From Flaccisagitta enflata (taxonomy: Eukaryota): a DNA stretch of 64,000 nucleotides. The stretch spans positions 37,138,001-37,202,000 of the forward strand of contig OZ231126.1 of the NCBI GenBank assembly GCA_965153355.1, read 5' to 3'. The position numbers and the translations under genes were made by a program. Below, piece by piece: positions 53,953 to 64,000 of this stretch (position 1 is its first letter; every line of letters begins with the position of its first letter). Below the pieces are notes generated by a model. It saw only the letters and a program-made list of their open reading frames with translations, was not told the origin of the DNA and did not search any database.

Positions 53953-54157
53953 ACAAGGCCGGACACGCACCTAATTAGTATTCGCTTGCGTGCGGGCAGG
54001 CGCAGTAATGGTGAAAAAAACAAGGCCGGATACACGGCTACCTTAGTCGCGTGCGGGTGGGCAGGGGCGGCGAAAAAAAAAAACAAAGTGTGACGGACCG
54101 ACCGTCGGATGACCGACAGACGGACAGAGCGGGCTGTAGAGTCGCGTGCACGCGTCT
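53953..54157 (-). mobile_element. HINE-like element (54021-54157) preceded by a second 3'-end fragment (53953-54012)
   Basis: Two tandem CAAGGCCGGA blocks; the second copy is complete with the AGTCGCGTGCACGCGTCT hairpin. Confidence 0.7.
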
Positions 54158-54230
54158 AAAACTGCGGTGGATTTCGCGTCATCCAAAAAATCGCGTCACC
54201 TATGGACAGACCCATCCTGTTGAGAAACTC

Positions 54231-54849
54231 CATATGACGGCAAATGTTTGAAGGAAAATGAAGTGTTTCACTATACTTTTTGCATCATTATCAGGACAAG
54301 AATCAAGCTGGAATGCTTTTAGTGGACAAATTGTCTTGAAAGACACTTGGTGCATACATATTTATCATATTCTGACTTAAAGAGTAATTTGAACTATGCG
54401 ATTCACATGAATACAAACAGGGAAATGATATTTTTAGTGAATTTCTGCCTACACCTTTTTTTATTTTCTGAGGTTTAAATACTAAGAAAGCCAAACGCAG
54501 GAAAATTTTGCATTTTGAAAAACATAGTTCTCTCTGTAATTGATTTAGGAAGAAAACTATGTTCTTTATTTTTTCATTTTTTCATTTTCTATGCAAATTT
54601 AGAATTTAAACCAGCCTCCTGTCAGTGACCAAAAATAAAATGAGAACAAATTTTCATTAAAAATATTTTGGTAACATCAGCTAAACTTGGTCCTATTGCT
54701 AAATAAATGCAAATTTTTCTAAAAAATATTATATCTGAGCTATCTCAATCACTTTTATTCACTTAATTTTGTATTTTCATTTATACGTTTTTTCCATTTT
54801 GACTTTCTTTGAAACACAAATGTTGCCTTCGGAGGGACGCCGTCATATG
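54231..54849 (-). mobile_element. Same 620-bp repeat, copy 2
   Basis: Reverse complement of 20527-21145 (e.g. TTTGAAACACAAATGTTGCCTTCGGAGGGA). Confidence 0.75.
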
Positions 54850-55750
54850 TCTAAAATCCGAGGGTGAGGGCAAATACGCACTTTGTTGTTCACGCAGTGG
54901 AACAAGGCCGGATACACGGCTATCGTAGTTACTTGAGGGAGGGCAGGGACAGTGAAAGGGCACCTGGACATATAGGCAGGGACAGTAGTGCAAAAACGCG
55001 AAAAGGTCGGAAAAAGTGACCGACCGATCGACCAATCGAAATTAATATGGTGCACGCGGCCAAAAACCGCTTTATCGCAAGGATGGTGCCAAGACATGCA
55101 AAGAACGAAGATATGCGATAAGCAAGAAATAGTCTGATGGCGATGTTAGATCAACTGGATCAGTTCAGCTTTCTGGTCTTAAACCAGTTTTCGAACAAGT
55201 TACTCAAGTTAGTCTTCAAAAAATCAATCGGGCAGGATGCAGTAATTTAGAAAAAAAACCCAATTCTTTAAAAATGAGAAATTCTCCTCGTATGAATATT
55301 TATGGACACCCGGTTAGGTCCAATACGTTTGGCAGGAAGTCTTGTCACAGAGAAATAGAAAAAAATCTCCAATTGATAACTAAACGACCAAAACAACGAC
55401 GACGACTATGACAACAAAAACGACGACGACGACGACGACGAATATCATAAAATGGCATATTAACTTCGCCTTTTTCGCTTCTCGTTTTTGAGTGACAGCT
55501 TTTCGCGATTTGTCATAATTGGACGCTAAATAATTCGTTTTTAAATAAATGTGATAATCAAATGAACGTACAAGTGTGAAAAATCGTGACGTGATTATGG
55601 AAATGTTAATCTTATTTTCGACTTTCTTTCTCTCGCTTATTTTATGTACATAAATTTCTATGAAAAATTCGATGTGGCGTTGGCTTAATTCGGTTATGGC
55701 ATGGAATACAATGATAACGAATGACACAATGGCACACGAGTGTTTTATTA

Positions 55751-55916
<166 letters not shown>

Positions 55917-55939
55917 CATTCAAGTCGATAAGTGGTGGT

Positions 55940-56454
55940 TCGGGTGTATCAATATGTAAAAAAGTTTTTTGATAAGACTATCAACATCAGACAGCATGGG
56001 GTATTAAATTTTTAGACCTTTTGCATTTTTATTTTATCAAACTTCATTCATCTTCCATTTTTTTCAAAACCCCTTTTTCGACGCTAATTTGTAAATTGCT
56101 GTATACTGATTTCCTATCAGTATAATTGTTATTGAACTTAATCAGATTCAACACATGAATATCTTGGTGCTAATTCAAGTTGCAACAAAGTAACGGTTGT
56201 TTATTTATCACCAAAGTTGTATAAAGAGACAATAACCTATTTTTTCTGTAGAACTTATGAGTCTTAATTTCACGAAAACTCAGTGCAGATGCTGGAAGTA
56301 TGTATATTTTTGACAATCTTTTCTTGCGCTAAAAAAATGGAAGATGAACGAAATTTTAAAAAACGAAAACGCTAAAAGTTTTAAAATTGTTTCTTTAACA
56401 CTCCCTTATGTCGATGATCTCATCAAACATACTTTTGCATATTGACACACCCGA
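55940..56454. mobile_element. Non-autonomous long-TIR element, MULE/Mutator-like
   Basis: Imperfect TIRs of about 120 bp starting TCGGGTGTATCAATATG; flanking direct repeat (A)GTGGTGGT of 8-9 bp. Confidence 0.7.
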
Positions 56455-56670
56455 GTGGTGGTGGGAAAGACTGAAAATGAGAATGAGGTGGAAGAAGGGC
56501 AGGACACGTTTTGGAGATGAAAAGACAAGAAGGTCAAAGACAGGGATTAAAGGCCGAATATCGACTCCTTGTGTGTTAGAACAATCGTCATCGCAGGTAT
56601 CCACGTGTGATTGCATCATAAGTGTTATTTGTGAGAGAAAAGAATCATTATAATACTACAAGACATAAAT

Positions 56671-56676
56671 ATCATC

Positions 56677-56707
<31 letters not shown>

Positions 56708-56734
56708 TCATCTTTATCATCATCATCATCATCA

Positions 56735-56783
<49 letters not shown>

Positions 56784-56791
56784 ACATCATC

Positions 56792-56854
<63 letters not shown>

Positions 56855-56881
56855 GTCATCGTTGTCATCATCATCATCATT

Positions 56882-56959
<78 letters not shown>

Positions 56960-56966
56960 GTGTTCG

Positions 56967-57031
<65 letters not shown>

Positions 57032-57044
57032 GTCATCGTCATCG

Positions 57045-57076
<32 letters not shown>

Positions 57077-57102
57077 GTCATCATCATCATCATCATCATC
57101 AT
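56671..57102. repeat. (CAT)n microsatellite
   Basis: Directly visible. Confidence 0.95.
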
Positions 57103-58072
57103 CAACTTGATTTTGGCGCTGCATGAATGTTGGTTTCGCCAAAAACGGAGATCAATGAAAAAAAACGTCAGCCTCTTTTGAAAAGGTTCTAATGTTTGTT
57201 TACTTTAATCATTTATTTTCACAAGATGAATGAAAATTGGCTTTGAAAGCAGCGGAACTGTTGTGATGAGATTTTTCCCTCAAAGCCGAGATTTGTGAGG
57301 ATTTGAACCTCGTTTTTTTTTTGGTTGCTAGAAATGCAGAAAAAAAAAGGGAGAAGGTCACTTAATTCATCACTTTGAATAAAGGTTGTACTGGAGTATT
57401 ATCATTATGAATCATAACTTATGACATATGCAACAATAATCAAGCATACAAAACATTTGATACTTATACAATCTATTATGTGGTTGTAAGATGATAGACG
57501 AAAGGGTTGAAAGTGAGCAAACTAACTAGGTCCCCGGGGTACCAGCGATCATAGAAGATACTGATATCAGTGATATGCCAATTAAATGCCACTTAAATCA
57601 TGTCGTCAGAAGTTAAAGTAAAAAAGCCAGACGGACAGATAGGAACAAAGATACATACAGAACCTCAGACAAGATCTCTTGGTGTGAGGTCGCATATGAT
57701 ATCAAACTCAAGCAAAAAAAAAAAAAAAAAAGATAAAAAAGTAGGGGAAAAGGAAACAAAACAAAACAAAACGAAAACAAAAATTAAGGGAAGTGGGGAT
57801 TTCGTCAAGTATCAGGTGATGATCACCATGAACCCGACTAGATTGGTTCATCGGTCAGTTGGTCCCCCATCCACTCCTGATGCCATTTTTTCAACCAATA
57901 CCATTTTTTAATCCGAAAATTGCAATCAAAGGAAAAGAACGTCCCTGAGGAACGGACCAACTGACAGGCGGATGAATCGACCGATGCAGCGATGCAATGC
58001 ATGCAGTATCGTGCACGTGGCTGTGGCTAAATAGCTCTTTATTTCATTAATCATTTCATACATCATTTTTAC

Positions 58073-58257
58073 ATTCATTCATTCATTCATTCATTCATTC
58101 ATTCATTCATTCATTCATTCATTCATTCATTCATTTACTTATTTCTTTATTCATTTCTTTATTTATTCTTTTATCTATTTATTCATCTATCTATTTATTC
58201 ATTTCTTTTTTTATTTATTTCTTTGATTTTTATTCATTTATTTATTCATTTATATAT

Positions 58258-58320
<63 letters not shown>

Positions 58321-58458
58321 TCTCTTTTTCTATTCATTCATTCATTCATTCATTCATTCATTCATTCATTCATTCATTCAATTCATTCATTCATTCAATT
58401 CATTCATTCATTCAATCATTCATTCATTCATTCATTCATTCATTCATTCATTCATTCA
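58073..58458. repeat. (ATTC)n/(TTTA)n microsatellites
   Basis: Directly visible. Confidence 0.93.
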
Positions 58459-59324
58459 TGAGAAAACTCTTTAAATCCATTTTTTTCACTATCCCATCAA
58501 CCAGTTCAGTCATTCAAACAACGAACGCCTTGCGGCCCTTGTTTAGTAAACGCCCGTTTAATGTTTCCTTCCTCAAAAGTTGTATGAATTATTCGAGCGC
58601 ATGAATCACAACTGACATTTCTATACCGAGCCAAAAAAGACAAAATCGAATCATTTATCATTTATCAAATTTGAAGAAAAAAGAATTTATTTATTTATTT
58701 TCAAACGTTTGTCCCGCTTTTTCTTATGCAGTTTTTTTTTTATCAAATTTTTAAGCATATGACATGCTTATTCTTACAGTGTCTTTTCATAAAATTCTTA
58801 TACATATAACATATTCATTTAAATTGATACATTGTTGCAGTATTTTAGATAGCTCTTTTATAGCCGAAGATCAAAATTGTGTTCTTATCATAAAATGGAA
58901 GATATTCATGACGGACGCTTCTATATCAGTACTGCACTAGCAAGCCCTCCAAGTGTGGATTCTACACTGCAGCGCATAAAAAAGAGAATAGCATGTTTTA
59001 TAATCTCCATTATTTGGGCTGCATAACACCCTGAGCAGGAAATATGGCACAACTATAATTATGTGTCTTATATTGATTTGGGGCAAATATAGATATATAA
59101 CACATCAAGTGCAAAAGTTTAGTAATTCGGGGTGCTAATGAGCTAAGAGTAATGGCAATAGGCAATAAAAAATTTGAAATCTGAATTGATATGAAGGTCA
59201 ACATGCCATGGTTTTCCCAAATATTTCTCAAATAAGTTGACGAAACTGGCATGTTTTAATCAATATTTTGACAATTATTTATAACCATCTCTCATAGTCG
59301 AATCTCGTAAAAAACATTATTTTT

Positions 59325-59456
59325 AGTCGCGGACACGCGACTCTACACCTTGGCGTGTCGGTCGGTACATAACAAATATTTTTGAACTTTAAGCGGTTTT
59401 TGCATCACAGCACCTGCCCCACCGTCTGCGACTGTCCTGCCGTGTATCCAGCCTCG
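59325..59456 (+). mobile_element. HINE-like element (short)
   Basis: AGTCGCG-GACA-CGCGACT hairpin, GTCG repeats, GCCGTGTATCCAGCC end. Confidence 0.65.
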
Positions 59457-59474
59457 TTGAAGCCTTCTGTAGGG

Positions 59475-59709
59475 CGTGATATGTCATCTCTCAAAACGGA
59501 TCCGCGATCCAGGGCTAGATCTTGATGCAGCATCTGGTCATATTCTCCATACTCTCTTTAAAGTAAGAAGCCAGCTCTGGCCCTCTTAACAACATCACAA
59601 TCTGGAGCAAGAAAGCAATCCCATATCGCGTGTGTTGGTCGACTTCAGGATCCTGATTCTGATTCTTTCTTTTTCATTGTACTATAATTCATTTATTCAC
59701 TTTTTCACA

Positions 59710-59781
<72 letters not shown>

Positions 59782-59909
59782 CACTCTCTCTCTCTTTCAT
59801 TCTTTCTTTCTCTTTCTCTCTCTCTGTCTATATGTATATATCAACTTTTTTCTTTTTATCAATCCCAATCATAGTGTCTTAATACCCTTTTTGTGTATAT
59901 GTGTGTCTA

Positions 59910-59991
<82 letters not shown>

Positions 59992-60152
59992 TGTGTTTGT
60001 GTGTTTGTGTGTGTGTAAATGAAAAATAGCTATATGTTGGAGCCTATTCAGCTTGTTTACAAGTTTATATAACAACTGAATGAATATTTGATGACTCTAG
60101 TAACCACTACCTGCAATATGCTAATGAGATATGAATCGCTGTATGCAATCCA

Positions 60153-60187
<35 letters not shown>

Positions 60188-60376
60188 CATCAAAGAGCAC
60201 GCTATCTGGACACACTTTTTGTTTCTGGAACTTGTAGTGTTGTTTTCGACCAAGAATCAGTATATTTAGAGCAATCAAGATCTGGCTAGCCTTTTCCACT
60301 CCAGATAGTGATTCCCAGATCCAGCATCAAGATATGGGGCCAGATTTGGGGCCCCTTTTGAGAAACGACATACCAG
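59475..60376. mobile_element. Degenerate TIR-bounded element of unclear superfamily enclosing (CT)n, (GT)n and (GA)n tracts
   Basis: Inverted matches TATGTCATCTCTCAAAA / TTTTGAGAAACGACATA and ATCTTGATGC / GCATCAAGAT; flanking direct repeat TGTAGGG (59468-59474, 60377-60383). Confidence 0.55.
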
Positions 60377-60949
60377 TGTAGGGTACAACTATTGTATGAT
60401 TGAATTATGGTTCATATCACTACTCAGCAGCACCAATCGTGGGACTATGCTCCAAATATCAACTCACTACACCACCTAGATGTGCCGTTTCTAAACCAAT
60501 GTACTTGAGCCGAATTTCCTACTCAGGATGTTAAGGCATATTAAAAATTTTCTACCTTAAAAATGACCAGAAAAAATAATGTTTTTCCCAAGCATTTTTG
60601 ATACCCTTTTTAAGTTCTGCCCAATCCAAATAAATTAACCAAAAATGTTCTGCTCAGTAGCATTTATTGTATTTTTAAAATCATCTTTAAAATGCTAACA
60701 AATAAACATTTATATTAGGAAAGATTTAAAATAGTAAATGAGTGTTCTCTTTTTTATGCACCGCACTGTATAAACGCAATAATGTTCTTACACAAAATCT
60801 AGTCATAAACCTCTTTAGAGAATGAGCGTTATTTAACTAAAAAAGAAAAACGAAATGTATGAAAGTTGAAACAAATGTTTAGAACAAATGTTAAGAATGT
60901 AAAAAAAGTACACAAACGGGAACTGTTATAAAAAGATGTATTGAGTTAA

Positions 60950-61433
60950 CAATGCCAAGTAATGGCCAACATGTGCGCCTTGCTGGTAAAGAGTTTATGA
61001 ATGAACGTTTCTTTTGAATGAAAGTTGTTCATGAATCTATAATCGAAACACTGAATGAATGAATGAATGAATGAATGAATGTATGAATAAATGAAAGATT
61101 AGATGGGTGCTGCTTTTTTGATGGTAGAGCCTCGGATTTTGTTATTTTAAATGATTGTGTGCCCGACCGACTGACAGACAGAGAGACGGATAGACAGACA
61201 GAGAGACCAACAACCCGACAGACACAGCCTCTTAAAGATGTGCTAGAACGCACATCACAAGACCGTATATATGCACTGCCCCCAGTCGCGGACGGGTGGG
61301 CATGGCAGGGGCAGTATAGCTAAAAATCACGAGCATTTGAAAAAAGTACCAACCGATGGACCGACCAACTGTCCAAACGTCCGACTGACCAACGGACCGA
61401 CACAGCAATTTCTAGAGTCGCGTGTCTGTGACT
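60950..61433 (-). mobile_element. Two adjacent HINE-like elements (about 60950-61255 AAGTGCG-like; about 61257-61433 AGTCGCGT-like)
   Basis: The first resembles the reverse complement of 28247-28516, including (GAAT)n. The second has AGTCGCGGACGGGTGGGC and AGAGTCGCGTG. Confidence 0.55.
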
Positions 61434-62493
61434 AACAAGGCAATCCAATAAAATGGCCCGAGATGGGTTAAACATACTTGTTTGTGGATAAACGAACCCG
61501 TTTGTGGAGAGATCCGAAATTTCGATTGACAGGTTCAAAAGCGAGGACGAATTGTTTCCCGAATCTTTACTCAATTATCCAGACATTTCACGTGGATTCA
61601 CGTTGTAGATGTTTATTCCACGCGGGTTTCCTAATGGTGGTCAATTCTATCCCGTTCATGCGTTGGTGGTTAAACTTGTTATAATCCTTTCACTAAAGGC
61701 CATCGACCTGAGCAGGTTCATTTCAATAATGGGTAATCCACTTATGTTGGTCCTTTTTTGTTGATTTTTTTTTCCATGATATTCGACGATGTTGACCAAA
61801 GCTGTGTTATTTTGCCGGATATCAAAAGAATAATGTGATTTTCTTATGTGGATTCAGAGAAGGTTTTTGATCCATGTCTGTTCATCTTGGTAACTTTTTA
61901 CATTAACTACATGAGTACAGGTGTCATTTTTGCTCTATTCAATTTTTTTCCGTCAGCCGAGGTGTCAAATGAGCGGTGTTCACGTTACGTTACGTTACGT
62001 TTCGTCATCGTTAGGCCATGGTGTCTGCATCCCACGCTATGACAGCGTAAAAAAAGAAAACCAAGGCAGCGAAAAGCTTTAGTGTATTGGCTCGGTGTAA
62101 CGTCGTAACGTCGAAGTTATAAAAAGAATCCGAATATTTATTTCTTTTTGAACAGAAAAGGTTTGATACTAAATCACCGCTTACAACAATGGTAGGGGCG
62201 GCTTCTTCAATGACAACTATTATCGGGTGCCATTTTATTTTATTTCATTTTAGTTTGCTGTTTTGTATTTATTTCCAATGGCGATAACTTGCATTTCTTC
62301 ATTCTTTCAAATCGTGTCGGAAGAAAAAAATTATTCCAAATGTAGTTTTTTCCCCCTTTTAAAAGAAAAGCTGGAAGTTAAAGACACAAACAAACGGAGA
62401 GACACTTCGGGAGCCTCTCCCTGAGAAAATTGTTATATTATGAAAACAGGAAACAGATTTAAACACAAAGAATTGTGGTGGCTAAAACAAATT

Positions 62494-62593
<100 letters not shown>

Positions 62594-63137
62594 TCATATG
62601 TGGCTCTCTGCCTTTCGCGATTTTTTGATACAGTATAGACATCAATTATGCAATTATATCCATAAAAAAATGACGAAGACGATTAGTCAAAGAGTCGATT
62701 AGATATCTTTATGGGTGGCAATGCGGAATAAAATCGATTGGAGTTATTGCCTGTTTGTTATCTGCTATATCGGTCATGCTTAAATCGCATGAAATTAAAA
62801 GCCATAATAAATGATAGATCACGGACTAATTCATGTCCCGATAGTCAAGATCGAATGAATTGCTTCCATCCCTTAAATCATTTGTATCTGGACCCTCCCC
62901 GATAAACATTTTTTTTGTTTGTCGCATGCACTCGCAATTTTAAGTCCTTAATCTGTCGGTATGTTGTTTCCTTTATTCTTATGGCTGTCATCGACATCGA
63001 TGCATGACTTGAGCATTACTGTTCCTGTTTATTGTCTCTGATATATCTTCGTTTTCCGAATATCTTTTTTTCATCCATTTGAACATTTTCCAACTGGATC
63101 AATGCCTATGCATTTCGACCTCCTGGATCCCACTTAA

Positions 63138-63294
63138 CCAGGCCGGATACACGGCTACGCCAGACGCGTGTGGGTGGCTGGGGGCCATATTTGAGGTCAC
63201 TAGACCATTTGAACGGACCGACCGACCGACATACCGACCGACCGACCGACCAACCGACGCACAAAGCGGGCTGTAGAGTCGCGTAGCACGTGAC
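63138..63294 (-). mobile_element. HINE-like element, AGTCGCGT subfamily
   Basis: AGGCCGGATACACGGCTAC...(GACC)n...GTAGAGTCGCGTAGCACGTGAC. Confidence 0.72.
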
Positions 63295-63825
63295 AAAAAA
63301 CAGCCCAATTTAGATGGAGTCCATCCAGAGGTGGTCAAGCTTGGCGTGTTCATGGACATCAATGAAGTCGGTCGCAAATGCCATTGAAGGGGTTAACAAG
63401 GTCGGATACAGGGCTACCCAAGTCGGGGGCAATTAACGGTATAGGCTAAACAATCATTTGGGCCGAGGCAGTGATGCTTAACTCATCCACAAACGCCGAA
63501 AAAGCAAAGTGTTACAGACCCATTGAGGACAAACACAAATCAAATACCATCAACAAGACACTTTTGAGCTAAATCACATTCTAATCGTATTGCCTGGAAA
63601 AAATCCTGAATTTCCTTCCTTCAATCTCATACAGTTCGAACACAAATTTAGCGCCCCTGGTAATTTTGCTGTCGAATGCCGCTGGGTGTGTTTACTAACG
63701 ATCCTACACGCGCAATCGAAAAAATATTGCCACCTACGCATTTGGATGCACAGCCGCACCTTCCAATGGTGCCATGTTTGTTTCATGTTTAAGAAGATCA
63801 TTTTAGGAGCAGACCTATACGTATG

Positions 63826-63930
63826 ATAGGTGGAACAATATCCCTCACTATACCCTAACTTAGATAAATGGAAGAGGGCCTTGTGAACCCTCAGTGACTA
63901 CTGACTAGTCAATACGCACACCGCTCCTAG
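63826..63930 (+). repeat. Interspersed repeat fragment shared with 2976-3070
   Basis: ATAGGTGGAACAATATCCCTC...ATGGAAGAGGG.CTTGTGA...ACTGACTAGT at both loci. Confidence 0.65.
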
Positions 63931-64000
63931 TTTTCCATAAAACATAATCTGAAAAATTGTTTTTCTTATTCACCCAAAACAAATTGCTTACTAAAAGTAG

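Noticed and set aside
63297..63388. Peptide NLDGVHPEVVKLG resembling the LINE RT GPDG motif
   Set aside because: Flanking residues do not match RT and a stop follows shortly.

Overview
Repeat-dense animal (invertebrate-type) genomic DNA that looks mostly intronic or intergenic; the species cannot be determined from this window. Most ORF-track entries are translations of long microsatellites. The supported content is: (1) one nearly intact, apparently single-ORF CR1-group LINE at about 32.5-36.3 kb, with a hydrophobic leader, a 2A-like LLLSGDVHSHPGP motif, PHD finger, APE endonuclease, RT, one extra T in a T7 run, a 3' stem-loop and an (ATTC)n tail; (2) one good poly-alanine coding exon on the minus strand (49224-49458), missed by the ORF track, plus a phase-compatible candidate next exon; (3) many non-autonomous DNA transposons, including a Transib-type element with RSS-heptamer ends and a 5-bp TSD, three hAT MITEs with perfect 8-bp TSDs, Tc1/pogo MITEs, a MULE-like element, a foldback element, and about 20 Helentron/DINE-1-type (HINE-like) elements in several subfamilies. 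One of these forms a three-tier nested insertion whose empty site survives in a nearby local duplication. No tRNA, rRNA or CRISPR was recognised. All alignments were done by eye, so boundaries without a TSD are approximate.
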